A stretch of 64,000 nucleotides of DNA from Ginglymostoma cirratum (lineage: Eukaryota). Each line of letters opens with the position of its first letter. Position 1 is the first letter of the stretch. Below, piece by piece: positions 25,441 to 39,698 of the stretch. The position numbers and the translations under genes are program-made. Location of the stretch: positions 34,998,055-35,062,054 of the forward strand of contig JAHRHZ010000046.1 in the NCBI GenBank assembly GCA_024137785.1, given 5' to 3'. The notes below the pieces were generated by a model. That model did not search any database and had not been told where the DNA came from. It was given only the letters and a program-made list of their open reading frames with translations.

Positions 25441-25537
25441 TTCTGATGAAAGATGTCTCCCTAAAACACTAATCTGCCTTTCCCTTTCGAGACCTGCGAT
25501 ACGTGATTTGTACCTTCAGCATATTTTGATTTTAGTT
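25441..25537 (+). mobile_element. Highly decayed foldback/hammerhead-type arm
   Basis: ttCTGATGAaag...ctaaaacactaatctgcctttcc...cttcagcatattttgattttag, the same layout as family B. Confidence 0.4.
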
Positions 25538-28500
25538 TAATTATTTGGACTTTGTTCTGATATGCTTGTATCCATGTAAATGAACGTCTATATGGAAGTT
25601 AAAATGCTGAACCTTCTGTATTGGCTTAAACTGTGATTGACATTATTTCTTCTGGCTCTGATCTTCTTCCCTGGATGCTTAGAGTGGATGTGGTTTATGA
25701 GCTCCATCTTAGTTAAACTTAGGTTAATTTTCCCTTGAATAAACTAAACCCCTAAAATATATTGAGATAGAATTACTTCAAACATTGAAAAACAAGATGA
25801 AATAAATAAACCCAATTTATCAGTGACAGCATTAAACCAGCTGTTTGAGTCACAGTAAATCGTCAGCAATATTTGAAACAAATTAATGTGTTTGTGACAA
25901 TAGGTTAGCACTCCATTGTCTTTTCATCAGGGTCTCGGGTTTGAAATTAGCTGAGACTGATGAAATAGAAGGATATTTCATGTCATAAGTCACAATGTGG
26001 TACTTGGAGCTCACCGAATAATATTGCTTACAAGTCAATGCTAATTGGTGCTATTTTGGTGTTGAATGGATAATGCAAGAAATGGAAAATTGCACCGATG
26101 CAGAAGGAGCTGTTTTTCTGAGGTTCAGATTAGGGTATGTTATTGCTAGAGAGAAATTGGAATAATAACTGCAATTGCTTTGTAATGGACCTTATCTTGG
26201 TCAGGATTGCACTTTCAAGAAAGAATACTGACAAAGCACTCTCTGCTCACATTCCAAGCGCTGATATCCCTCTGCTTGAGGACAGTGTGATAATCATGTT
26301 CTGTACTTGTAAAAATGTGAAAAATAGTGAAACATTTTTGTCCTATGATCCATTAATGAAATAACTTTCTTGCTAATGGCTGTATTCTGTCTTTAGATTT
26401 AAGACACAGCTCTAGTTTTGTACAAAACCCAGATATTGCAGTTGACTCCTTCAGTGGGGAAGGTTAATGACAGAATGGCTATCCAGCTATAAAACCAACT
26501 ACCAAATCACAAAAATAACAGTGATATCAAGGTGATACAGCAGCATTGTGATGACCCACGTGACAATGGAAAAACCAAATAACGTAGATGATTTCAAGTG
26601 ACCACATTCAATATTCAAACATTTGAATCACAAAACAAATCATTAAAATGTAATAGTGATCACAACAAATACTAATTTCTGTTCTGTTTAGAGGTCACTG
26701 ACTCTGGGAGTAATGAATTGGTCTCAGTTATCTATTCCACCATGAGGCGCAGTCCATTGAGACAATCGCTGTGGATGAAACACTCCATCCTGAAGCTGAA
26801 ACTCCAACTGATTCCAGTGCCCAGGTTTAAGCTTGTAATGTGGTTCCTTTATTCTTACACCTCACTGCTGCAAAGCTGCTACTGTAGGCATATGGTGAAG
26901 AGATTGAGAAAGAATAATCAGAGAACCACTTAGAAAGGGACAATGACCAAAATAATATGATATTCCTTCTCATTCTGTGGGGAAGCACCTGACCTCTACT
27001 CAACGACTTTCTGCAATATGGTGCAGACGCAGATTGCCAGAATGTTGGTGAACTAAGGAATGCACTGACAGCATAACCTTTGCCGTACTTTTTGTCACCA
27101 AAACATCATTACGTTTTGGTAAAAATCGAAGTGACTAACATGAGCAGAGTTGTCCCTAAATCCGTGAGAAGCAAACATCTTGAGATTAAGCTGGCAAGGT
27201 TCCATTGTACAATCGCTCAACCAGGCATTTTCGTCCAGTTTCTTTAATCAGTTGTTGCTATGTCTGACCCTGGAAGGTCAGAGGTACTTGGGACTAGTCA
27301 CTGGAATGGACTTCTATAATGGTTCCTTTTGCTTTTGAACAAATGCTTTTTCTTATTTAGATTAAAAGAAACACAGGAAAGGTCTTTGATTAGAATTAAC
27401 ATTTACTTGATTTAAAATTAAATAATGTGTCACGTGTCAAATTTACTGTGCAGAATGCAATCCAAGTATTACATCCAAAGTTGCCCTTATTCATATCCCA
27501 CTGTCTACTTACAGCCAGTTTTCTTCCAATCACTTTCCAGCATGCATTAGAATATAAAATGGACATAAGTGGAAATCAGCGCAAACTTCTAGAGCCCAAA
27601 GAAAGCATCTATTTCTCTCGTGTGTGATAATTAAGTTTTCAAGCCCTCGACCACCATTCACATGAGGCAAAGCTGCTGTTATAAAACTGATTTTCGGTAT
27701 GACGTATATCCTAAAAATGCATTTGGAGAAACAAGATGCAGTGCAGATTTCAGATTTTTTTTTTAAAAGGACTCAAAAACAATAATATTATACGGAAAAT
27801 TTGATGCTTCCTGCAGAATATACTGAATTCACTGAGGTTAAGACTTACTGTGAACATTTTGAAATGGCTCTTTAGCCTGGGGCAGACCTATTATAACAAT
27901 CCAAGTTGCATTCAGCGACAGGCATCGACAAGCAGGTTTAAATGAGGAAGGAAATTCGGGCATAGTACAATTACCTGTTTAGGACACATTTGGAGATCTT
28001 GCTATACACCCTCATTCTTGTTCCTGCTCATTATAGATATCTCCATGTATTTTTCACACCTAGTGATAATTACGTACCAGTGTTAATTTATTTTTGGAGA
28101 GAATAACAAAACTACATAAATTGTGGTGGACTCTTTAGAATCAGGTTTTACACTTTACTCAATTAAGAAATAGAAGAAACAGACACATTTAGCTTTAGAA
28201 AGGTGAATTTATTAGTTGTAGCTTAATGCACTTTGGACCCAACCAGTCCATTCAGTTCTAATAATCTGCCCTTGAAGATGTGGAGTAGTCTTTACTTGAA
28301 GGTATTTCATGAAAATAAATAATGCTATCGAGTGAGAAAGTAGAGAGCAAATAAATGCAAACCCTGATGGCAGAAACACTGTAGAAATGGAAGAAGTGAC
28401 ATCATGTTAATCCCTTGGCAAAATGTTTCAAAAGTGCACTTCAGAAAAGGTTGACTCCTACTGGTTTGTTTTCCATACTATCCAGACATTTACTGTATAT

Positions 28501-28546
28501 AATATTCAATTCTTTTTTAATTCAAGCAGACTGTTCATATAAGGTG

Positions 28547-29570
28547 ACCTCATAGAATATCATCACAGGAGACCATCATGTCACTGTGTCTATGCTGGGA
28601 CTCTATTAAAGCACCTTTCCCCTCAGTATGCAGTTTTTTTCATCTTCGGGTATTTATTCAATTCCCATTTTCAAAAATTTGATTTGTATCAGACTCCGCA
28701 TCATTGTCAGGCAGTGCGTACTAATTGATCACTGTGTAAACATGTTTTTCCAAGTGTCACTGTTGGTTCTTTGGCTACTTACCTTACCGTGGTGTTCTTT
28801 GAATTGCAGAATTTCCACCAAATGCAACAGTTTCTCCTTATCTTTCTGTTTGAACTACTCCTGACTTTGAATATGTCTCTCAGATCTCCTCTTAGCTAAC
28901 CCTCTAAGGAGAACAACACCACCCTGTCCAATTTATCCACAGAAGGTCCTCATGCCTGGAATTATTCTAATTCATCTTTTCTGAACCCCCTGTAAAGTTC
29001 TCACATCCTTCCTAATATGCAGCACTCAGAATTGGAACAGCTCTCCCACTTGAGATTAAAACACTGATTTACAAAGGATTGTCATAACTTCCTTACTTTT
29101 ATACTCTCTGCCTTCTTTAAAGAGCCCAGAACCCTATATGGCTTTTTAATCTCTTTCTCAAACAGACATGCCACTAACAATGACTTGTGCCTGTAAACTG
29201 CAGATCTCTCCATTTCTCTTACCCTTTAAAATTGTACACTTTATTTTGTATTGCTTTGTCTTCCTACCAAGATGTATATCATGATACTTCACAGCATTAA
29301 ATTTCATCTGCTAAATGTCTGTTCATTTCACCAACCTGTCAATATTCTCGTAGACTCTATCACTATCCTCCTCACAGCTTACTATACTTCTAAGTTTTGG
29401 GCCACTGTAAGTTATTAAATTGTGTCCTTTGCATCCAAGCCTTGGTAATTAATATATATCAAGAAAAGTACTAATTCTTTAACCAACCCCGAGAGGCATG
29501 CACTGTATACCTCCCTCCAGTCTGAAAACCAGACATCCACCACTACTGTGTTTTGCATCCATTCTTCCCC
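28547..29570 (-). mobile_element. Degenerate CR1 LINE 3' region
   Basis: Starts catagaatatcatcacaggagaccat (terminal repeat), with RT C-terminal remnants on the reverse strand (WFSDWREVYS in ORF 29415-29630). Confidence 0.75.
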
Positions 29571-29697
29571 GTTTTCACATAATTCTGTCAACATTATGAA
29601 ATGTATATCAGTGAAACAAAGATGGAGCATTTGCGTTGTAACTTACGTGATGCGGCAATAAAATTTGTATGGTGGAGTCAATCAGTTTTTCCTTCAC

Positions 29698-29790
29698 TTT
29701 CTCTCTGTCTCTCTGTCTCTCGCTCTCGCTCTCTCTCGTTCTCTCTCCCCCCCCCTCTCTCTCTCACTCTCACTCTCACTCTTTTTCTTT
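29698..29790. repeat. Imperfect (CT)n microsatellite with CTCTGT, CTCTCG and CTCTCA variant units
   Basis: Visible directly in the sequence. Confidence 0.95.
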
Positions 29791-30284
29791 AGTCATACGT
29801 TCTTGATTTTAAATACAGGTGTCTCACTGAAAAACTGTTCCTGAATAATTGTCATTTTGGACATAGGTTGTCATGCCAGGCACTTCCTGACAGAAACATT
29901 TAGACATCTGTAGTCAGTAAATTACTTTAAGAAACATTCTGATATCCTTCTAGAACATTTCAGTCAAAAGTGAAAACGGCAAGATAAAATGGCATTCGGT
30001 TAGTTTGTCAGTATGTGTCAGGATACTTTTGGGACCAGTAACATTGGATGGCAAAATATCTCTGCAACAGATGCAATGTGACAATCTAGCTGAAAAGTCA
30101 AGTGGACTTTGAATTCTTATACACTTAATTTTGCAAAGAATTTAACATGCAGTGACTATACAGTTACATTCACATTTTGTAATTCATTAAGGCTTATCAT
30201 AACACTTCAATCCAACTATGTCTTCTCATGCAAAATTTGAACTTAGTCATTTTGCAGTATTTTTATACTTAGGCTTTCAAGTGT

Positions 30285-30895
30285 CAATCATGTTAGTGAA
30301 GGAACAAAGGGAACTTGGAGAGTATGTCCACAGAGCTTTAAAGCTCGACATGGTATTTAAGAAGGCATATGGAATGTTTTGTTTTCTTAGTTGAGGCATA
30401 AAATAGAAGAGAGTGGTGTTGCCAGAATTGTATGCAACATTTGAGTACAGTTCCAATCACCATATTACAGCAAAGATGCACTGGAGAGGGGCCAAAGGAG
30501 GTTAATGAGAATCTTGCCAAGACTGGAAAATTCGGCTTTTAGGAAAGATTGGATAGGCTGGGTCACTTTTCTTGGAAGAGAGCAGGCTGAGGGGAATCTT
30601 ACTTGCAGTGTACAAAATGACGAATGGTCTAGATAGAGGTAAAAACCGGGGAACACAGGTTTAAGGTATTTGGTAAAGCATCAGAGGGAAAATTAAGAAT
30701 TATTTTTCTCCCAGAGTGATAGCAATCTGTTACTTACTGCCTTAAAAGGTAGTACTTTTATAAAGTAGTTGGATGTTTGCTTGAAGAGCCATGATCTGTG
30801 GAGCTATGCATTAGTACTGAAAGGTGAGTTTAGGCTGGATTGCTCAGTGTTGACCAGCACAGACAAAATGGGCTGATCGCCCTCCTTCTGTGTCT
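30285..30895 (+). mobile_element. Degenerate CR1 3' region
   Basis: Remnants of QRELGEYVHRAL, KKAYGM, RLDRLG.FSW and a 3' tail atgggctgatcgcctccttctgtg. Confidence 0.75.
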
Positions 30896-33152
30896 GTACT
30901 TGCAAGGAGGAAAGACCGCACCATTCCCTTACCATATGTGCATCTTCATTTGATGATCCGGTTGCACAGTCACATCTCACCAGAAGAAGTTGATCAAGGC
31001 TTTTCTCCGGGAAACAGGAAAAAAGAAACAGATTTATTATGAGAAAAGTTACAATGAATTGCTTTCTATGAACCTGCCTATCAATATGACCTCCTCTGTT
31101 AGTTAACAGATGGAATGAGTGTATCTTGCTGATATTTTGGCATTGTGTGGCTGTACTGTTTTTGAATCATGCTGGGTTCTATATATGTTAATTGGAATAA
31201 TAAATAAGTGTACTGTATACATAGGTTGAGGAGTAAAATTGTCTTAGGCTGCTTTGTGAAATAAGAGTATTAAAATATGCTTAATTTAAATCTTTGTATG
31301 GGAAGCACGTGGACGTTTATGTTTGTTGACCTTTAGATTTATTTGATTTCGTTATGAATCAATTCTTTAAAAATTGATTTATTATCTTTTATGTTCTGAG
31401 AATGATTAAAATATAGGTTTGAAACTTGAACCAGTATAGATTATGTAACTACATATTATCCTCTCGTTAGGTTAAATGCTCTATGCTCATTAAGATGTTA
31501 AAGACTTCAACATCTGAAAATTTCTGGAGGATCAACAAAAAGGTGACAAGTGGTTGGATACTGAGTTGAGTCCTGTGGATATACAGGAGAGAGCTGTGTT
31601 GTTGAGACAATAATTGAGTTCAACTGATGCATGAATGTAATTCTCAATTCTTATCGGGATCAAGTAAAAGCTTACAGTGCTCAGTTTAGTTAATTTGTAT
31701 TAAATGCGTTGATGGAGTCTGCTGTGACTGGCAAGTGTTTTAAGTTTAAGATTTTCATTATAGATAACAGTATTTCTCTGACCATGTCCATGAAGCTCCA
31801 GTCCAAACAAAATAATAGGCTGAACTTCAATTACCATTAATAAATCTCTTTTTGTAGCGTACAGGTAGCTTGTACACCACATTGAAATTCTGGAGTTAAT
31901 GTGAGCATTGAATATGTAGTATTTTAGCTGAAAAAATATTTTAAAATGAAATTACGATGGAAGTTCATCTTGCAAGTGAGGAGCTCAGTTTTGAATCTAC
32001 TTCTTTTAGTTGGCAATTTGGATGTGTATTTCTAAGTTGATAAAGCATTTAACTGAAAATTAGTTATCCTGTATATTCATGTCAGGCCAATTCAATTTGA
32101 GTTAAAATGTCCTGATCTGATCACTGGCCATCACAACCATAGTAAAGGCAGTGATAATGCTTGACTGAACACAAATAAAATCCAGAGGGAAATGCAAAGC
32201 TATGTTCTCCAAGGAGGTGAGTAAGTTGCAAGTTCTGCAGCCTTTCTTGTACAGTGAGTGAAGCAGTCCTAGATTTACTCGATTAACCTGGTAAGGTCCC
32301 TTCTGTATATTTGTGTTCGGTTAGGGTGTTCTTGTAGAAGCTAAAGACTAATGATGATCTAAAAATGCATTACAGTAAAATTTGAGAATATAATGTGGTT
32401 AACAGTACGATGATTACGGTGGTTTAACAATCCGCTTGAGGCAGGTTGCTGCTGATTTGCTTTGGGTGGATTATTCTTGTGTGTGCATTTGTTGTTTGTA
32501 CAGCTAAACTCATTGCTCTATTTAAAAGGCGTTAGAATAAGGATACATTGTCCTGGGTTTTACTTTTTAATAGATATGCACAGCAGTAGTTTGCTTTCCT
32601 CTTATTAGGCAATTAGTTGAACGTTGTCAACTGTATAATTAAAAATATGGATGACTACCGACATAGCAATCTATTTTGCAGCATCCTTCAGACACAGCCC
32701 CCCTGTGATATCTGTAAAAAGACACCTAGTTTCTTCACTACCAGTATCGCACAGCCACAGAAGTAGAGAGAGTCAGAAGCCAAGGAATTAAAACATCATT
32801 TATCGGGTGGTTTTCTGTTTTATCTGGAAACACTGCAGTGAACTGTTAAAAGGTGGCTCAGATTATATTGTTTGCAAGAATTCTTCTTTAAGTCCAATGG
32901 AATAGAGGAGAGGTTTGCATTTTCTGCCCAGAAATATTACGTTTTAGAATTGCATCTTGTCGAGTTATGATGACACATTAGGATGGGGCATCATTATTCT
33001 GGCAGCTAATTCTGTAACCACGGTGCAGTACATCATCCGTCCTGGACTACCTCCTACTTCAAGGTCGTTTACTAGTTTTGGAAGGTATTCCATTCTTTCC
33101 TTTTTCTTCAGCCATCTGTAAGGTGTCTTACTTACATCACTGAATCTTTCAG

Positions 33153-33260
33153 GTGTTGAAAATTAACCTTCTGGGTCACAGAAAACGAATCTTAGCATCA
33201 CTTGGAGACAGACTTCACGACGAGCCTCCTCAGAAGCCTCCGAGGACAATTACTTTGAGG
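33153..33260 (+). CDS. ANKS1B: ANKS1B internal exon, SAM2 C-part with HRKR nuclear localisation signal ([36 protein letters not shown])
   Basis: ctttcag acceptor, GTAAGC donor at 33261, 108 nt. Near-identical to recalled human [36 protein letters not shown]; HRKR at 33177-33188. Confidence 0.96.
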
Positions 33261-36200
33261 GTAAGCTGTGTTTGTACAGTGTTGAATTAGTACAGCTATT
33301 TGCATGGAATGTAGCACGGTATAATTTTAGTTAGCTCATCTCAGGCCAATCTTCAGCACTGGCATGTATCATTATTAGCTGCTTGCCTCAGTATCTTTCC
33401 TGTTCCATGACCACCACCAACATTCTTCGTTCTGTATGTGAGAATATTCCCTGAAGATCTTCCAAGCAATATTGTGAAATTAAAATGTGAGAGAAAACTC
33501 ATTTCAGGATTTTTTTTATTATTGCGACCTTGTGTTCGAATGCAGGCTGAAAAATATCTGTCAAATCTTTGAGAGTGTCAGAGAAATGAAAATCAATATC
33601 TGTTCTCATTAAAAAGTAAACTCTGTTAAGCACATATGTCAAAACCCTTCAGCTCCAATGCAGGGATTCAGGTAGTCACTGAGTCAATCGTAGCATTAGT
33701 CTGCACCGCATTAACCCTTCCTCAACAGAATTACAGCATTTCAAATCTGTTCCACATCAATTAACTGGCTTCTCTTTGTAGACTTTTCAGGAAAGAATTT
33801 TTAAAAATTATTTGGAACATTTATATACTAGAAATTTTACAATGATTTGTTGTTCAGCTTGTTCTTTACTGTCATGCTATTCAATTTTTTTTTTTTAACG
33901 TGATGATATAGGACAGAATAACCTCAAAGATTTAGTGAGTGGTTCAATTTTCTACACAGGAAGCAAACCCTTTAATCCAGGGAAGGATTTTTGCAGATGG
34001 TAATGAATTGCTGTAGCTCGTGGAATCTGACAGGTTAAGATCTATGCCAGGATCATCTTCCATGTTTTCGATAGCTGTATGAAAGCAGCAATTTAATCTC
34101 AATTTTTGGAATCGTGCAAGCAAGTTCACATTTCGACCTTATCAAATGTTCGTTTTTTTTTTAAAAATCACACTCAACCTAAAATGTCATTGAAGGATTC
34201 ATGGAAATATGTTTCCTGGTTCTGCTCTCATGGACGATAAAAAGGAAATGCTCTCAAGGAACTGTATACATTTCAATATTCAGTTAATAAAAGGTGGCAT
34301 ACAGTTGTCAGTTTTATGAACACATACGACATGCCTGAAATTTGCTGGAGCAAGACTCGGTCATGCAACTGTTGCCAGAAGGTTTTATTTTTATTTTAAA
34401 AGGTTCAAATAATTTTAATATATATTTCCACGTATATTTTTCCAATAATTTCTTTTCAGCACTTAAAACAAAAATATCAAATTTTAAAGCCCTCTTATGC
34501 CACATATGCATAGTTTTCAACTGGAATTATTTAAATGTGCTGATCAAAAGGTGAAACAAAAGTGGGAAATCTGAAAGAGAAACAAGGAATGGTCAAAATG
34601 GTTATCTTCCAGTTTCCAATTTTGCCAGAGGTTTTCCTTTGGAAATGTTTGTTCATCTTTTCTTTTTCTCAGGTACTACAACGTGTCTCCACCTTTTTAT
34701 AATGTTCTAAAGGGCATTCTTGATAAAACATCTGCAGCAAAACAAAAAGTGTTTCCAGACCGACATTTAGGGACTCTCAGAAATGTGCCCACAGAACCGT
34801 GCAATTTATATTGAACTGTTTGTACATTTGGAATCTGCTTCCCTCCCACTGCTGGGAGCGAATATCGTTGATTCTCATGCAGACCACTAGGTGAAGCACT
34901 ATGATATGATGGGACCCTCCATCTTAGAAGGAGGGAACAACTGACGAGTGGTGGAAGAAAAAAAAACCCACTCAGTTTAGGTGCTATTCAGATTGGATCT
35001 CTTTTTATATCAATAGGTCAGTTGTCCTGAATCCCGCAATGCCATCTTGCAAGATGATGTATATATCGTATCTTGGATGGTAAGTCACATCACTCTGAAA
35101 AAGGCTGGGCAACATGGACTTGAGGCCTTCTCCCCCCAATAGAGTGCAAGTACACTGCTTAATTTCTGATGCCTGCCTCCACTGCAGGCTTTAATAATTT
35201 TCACACCATACTTTTCCCAAGCAACAGTTAACTCGGAACTCTAGTGAAGGGCAGATGGTCTGTCCTTCGTTCCTGCCTAGCTTGCAATGAAATGGGCTGT
35301 CCAAGTTCTGTCACTCTTTTGTATGTTGTCCTGCAAACAAAATCATCATTTCATGTACATATTGTAGGAAACGTTATGGAAACACTTGTTTTAGCAATCA
35401 TTTTTAAATCCCTGGGATCATTATTTATGATTTAAAGCAATTTTGCTGCCATCTGTCTTTCTTTGCAATGTATTTTGCCTATTCCTTTTTCTGCTGTGCA
35501 ATGACCACCTGCCAACAGAATTTGAGCATATACTGTAACCAACAGAAGTAATATCTGTAAGTTTCTAAACCTGAGTCTTATTTTAAGACAACAGTTTGTG
35601 TCTTAGCTAGTGAATTTCTAGATCTTCATTATCTTGCAATATGCAAATGACAAGTGCAAATGACTCAATCGTGAAGATTTAAGAGATACCGTCACTTCAC
35701 TTAGGACACACTGTTCTCCCTCCACACCACTCCCATAATTAGCACATGACACAACATCTTAGGCCTTAGATTTGTGATTTTCTTCGCATAATATCTGTTA
35801 CTGAATTCATCTTAGATGGCCTTAGGGTGCAAAGGGAAACAAAGAAATAAAAGAAGATGCATAATCCTAAAAATAGCTTTTTGGAAAATATTCAATGTCA
35901 ATTTATTTCTAGAACCTGGCCAGGGAAACAGTTAATCAGAGTTTTTATTGACAATTTCAAATTATTCCAGTTTCACACCTTCTGTCATGGGCCATTTCTT
36001 TGACGTTATGCTTAATGTAAAGCACCTCCATTTGTAAGGAAGGAGGTTTTAAGCAGATACTTTGATAATGGTTTACTCTGATTCCAATGATCTCCCATAA
36101 GTGACATTAGCTGACCATCTGTGAAGAAGAGCATGCCATGTGTCTCATTTTTATTTTCTCTCAATGAAACTGAGTAGATGACTGGAATAACAGGTTTACT

Positions 36201-36447
36201 TCCACAAATATATTGCTGCTGGTACTTTTGCTCATTGGGACAGTGTGAAACTCTCACAAATTGGGGGAAAAGATGTGCCAAGGTCTCTGAAAGGTTTGTG
36301 TAAGGATTGGCTTGCAGGACTGCGGGCAACTTATGTCCACAGTAGCTGCAGTATTCAGTGTGAGACTTCGGCACAAATAGCCAGCAGAATTGACAAAATG
36401 AATAGTCCTATTGGAATAGTTAAATAAATCCTGATACTTATTTACAT

Positions 36448-36513
36448 AGAGATAACAAGGTGTAGAGGTGAATGAACACAGCAGGCCGAGCAGCATCAGA
36501 GGACCAGGAAAGC
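36448..36513 (-). mobile_element. Truncated arm of foldback family A
   Basis: agagataacaaggtgtagaggtgaatgaacacagcaggccgagcagcatcagaggaccaggaaagc, near-identical to 37503-37567. Confidence 0.85.
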
Positions 36514-37502
36514 TTTTTTTATTCTTTCCATGACATTATCAGAAAATGCAGGGACAGCTAATTAGTCTAAGCCTTCATCTCCATTGCTACCTACAACTTC
36601 AGGTATTTCAGTAATATCATGTTATGAGTAAGCCATAACTTTCACAAGCTCAGCAATGACCAGAGTGAGACCATTCTGTTTTTCCACCAGTGCTGGTGGC
36701 ACTCATTCAGTCCTCCTTTTAGCTATTTAATCAGATGCAACCTGATGACAAACAGCTTCAGTGTCTTGTAACCCTGAACCGGGACTTCAAGTCTGTAGTT
36801 AAAAGATCCTTGTCTCAGTTTACAGGACGTAGTCCCTTCCTTTTACCCCCAAAATCTTCCAAGTACAACTGAATCCATCACCCATGCCAGTTACTTCGCA
36901 TAATTTTTCCAATTGAAGTATAATTCAGCACACTTTCTCACCCATGTGTAATTCTATACTCCAATTATCCATCTGTTCACTGAGCTTCATTTAATCTTGA
37001 TCCCAAACTGTATTGATTACAAAATCTGTGTTCTCTTTTGCAGCTCGCACTTTTTGAAATCTCCAGGTGCATGCCCCATGTGCTGTCAGGTTCATTGCCC
37101 AATTTCTCCAGCATTATTAGTTCTCTCTCCCACCTTCAAAAGCCTCATCAACATCAAGAACTTGTAACTGTGCTCTTTACTACATCCCCAAATACTCTGT
37201 CGCACCCATTTGTTCATATTTGGGCTCCTCAAGGCCTCTATTAACACTCTTATTAAAACTATCTTCTCATGTGAAGGGTGGGATAAAATTGTAAACTGTT
37301 AGCTTGCTCACACTTATGTAACACCTGATCATAAGCTATAATATTCCAAGCATTTGACAATGAGTGAATTAATTATCCTTTTTTTGGATGCTGTGTTTTT
37401 GACGTCAATACAGAAGGAAGTAAAAGTCAGTATTTTGCTTGTACAAATATACAAGGTGTGGAAGTCTTCATTTGGGGGGATAAAAAAGACATGGTTATTG
37501 TG

Positions 37503-37654
37503 AGATAACAAGGTGTAGAGCTGGATGAACACAGCAGGCCAAGCAGCGTCAGAGGAGCAGGAAGGCTGACGTTTTAGGCCTAGACCCTTCTTCAGAAAAT
37601 GGTCTCGGCCCGAAACGTCATTCTCCAGCATCTGCAGTTCCTACTATCTCTGAA
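37503..37654. mobile_element. Internally deleted foldback element (family A) with a 14-bp target-site duplication
   Basis: Flanked by ACATGGTTATTGTG at 37489-37502 and 37655-37668. Inverted hammerhead halves surround the centre. Confidence 0.88.
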
Positions 37655-38800
37655 ACATGGTTATTGTGCATCTGTTCAGAATGCACTTCAACCAAGAACA
37701 TCCAACATTGATGTGTCCTTTTGCTCATTACTCAAGACTGGAAGGTTCCACATGAGCCATCAAAAGTGATCCTTTCCCAGACCTTTGCACAAGCTAATTA
37801 AAAGCATTAATTGTAGTTAATGTTGAAGAGGGACAAAGCAAATGTAACAACAGCTTTTCTCTGGGATGTCTATTACTGAATATAGAGTTTCTTTCATTAC
37901 TATGTAATCCAAAATTATTTGTAAAAAATATTCAGTAAAAATAATGATAGATTAGATATTTGCCATCCTCAGTTTTTTTCTGACATTTTAACACAATCTT
38001 GAAAAAGTACACATTGAGAATTTAGCCAAGGCTTCTTGTAAAAATTGGCAAATATGGCACAGTTGGTCAGGGAGTAAGTAACACCTAGTAGTAGAGGTGA
38101 GAGAGGAAGATTTGATCCTCTCCACCTTTAGTCCCTTCTATCTAACAGCTTAACTTTCTGACCTCAGCTGTATTGTTGTGGGGAGGCATAGAGCTGAGAC
38201 CTGACAGTACCTTCTGAAGAGGTCAGGAGGTCAGAGAGGAGTGTCGTGCTTGGCCATTGTCACATGTCTGTTAGTGAAAATGAGTAATTAGAGCCCGGAA
38301 GAAAGTTGGCAGGGGGTGCTTATGATCTGGGCAGGCTGGGAGAGAAGAAAAATCATCTTAGTTGGATTATCTAATAGGATTCATGAGTCTTAGTTTAAAT
38401 ACTTAACCTGAAGAAGCGAAGAGAGGCCAGTTTGTCTGTCTCATCAAGGAGCATGTTACATAACTTTGTTCCGCATACATTTGATTTTTATACCATTTTT
38501 GTGTTAATGCTGAAATAAATTACCTAAAGCAGTGGTTTAATATTAAATCTGTACCAGCTATCTCTTGTTAGATTATTGGTGTTATGCCAAGATTAAAACT
38601 ACCTGAAATATCCATTGATTTGTGATAGATTATTTAGCTGTGAGGGCTGTAAACATGTGTTCTGAATGTTTCATCAATTTGAAATGCTTAGCTTTCACAC
38701 TCATGAACGACACCGAGAAACTAAACCATTAGGGCTGGGAGAGATTCAGTAACATAAATCATAACATTAATTAATACGTTGCTATTTGCTTCTGGAACAG

Positions 38801-38980
38801 GACCCTGGGAACAACACTCCTCCTCAACTTTCCCCATCCCTTAGCCAAAGCACTTACACTGGTGGCTCTCTTGATATCCCCTCTTCCCATTTAATGATGC
38901 AAGGGGACGCAAGAAGGCGAATCAATGACAGCTACTTTGAGGATATGCCTAGGTCAAAACTGGAAAGACAAATGGCTCAG
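38801..38980 (+). CDS. ANKS1B: ANKS1B internal exon, SAM-PTB linker (DPGNNTPPQLSPSLSQSTYTGGSLDIPSSHLMMQGDARRRINDSYFEDMPRSKLERQMAQ)
   Basis: ggaacag acceptor, CAG|GTAAAT donor, 180 nt. Lies within ORF 38786-38998; matches recalled human EPSGNHTPPQLSPSLSQSTY...MQGDARRRR...SKLERQMAQ, which points to ANKS1B rather than ANKS1A. Confidence 0.96.
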
Positions 38981-39698
38981 GTAAATTGCATTGAATAACA
39001 TGCAATAGGCTGTTAACCTTGGGTTCCCTTTGCACTAGCTTGGCTTACTTTCCTCATAATTGATTATTTTCTTTGTAAGTTTGTTTGTCATACAGTACAC
39101 CAGTACTATCTGCTCATCTATCAATTCTGTCTCTTCTATAACTTGGTAAAAATAAATTAATAAATCATTTTACGAAAGCATTTTCATTCAGATTCTCACA
39201 GGGATTTTATTTTTCATTTTGGTGAAATGTAGAGATTCTCAGCTTTTATGGTTCATAAGATCCTCTGGTGTTCGATGTGATTGAGAGTTTGGGCTTATTT
39301 AGGATCCCAAGGCTAAACAAAATGGAAAGCATGTCTTTGTCTGCATAAAACTCACTGTTTTTCATTGTAATCATGTGTATAGCACTTGACAATTTGATCT
39401 CAGACAGTGCTCTATGTATTTATTTGATCAGGACATCTGACAGACACATGGTTGTCCATAGCATTGTTTTAGGGCCAAGCTATTGTAGAAATAATATCAA
39501 TTGTAAATATATTTTCAGAAGAGTGTAAGGTCTCTACCTGTACCCCACTTATCCCAACATTTAGTACAGGTCTTGCGTACACCAAAACAGCACAATACAG
39601 AGCAATGGCTGCAGCTTGTTCACAAAGAACATGCTAACTTTTAAGGCTTTATTTGCAGAGATAATTAAAGTTTTAATGCCAGGATTTCAACATTTAAT

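Noticed and set aside
29698-29820. CT microsatellite ending in ttttctttag as an exon acceptor
   Set aside because: The following AG-GT segment is 26 nt, not frame-preserving, with a weak donor. The pyrimidine tract is explained by the microsatellite.
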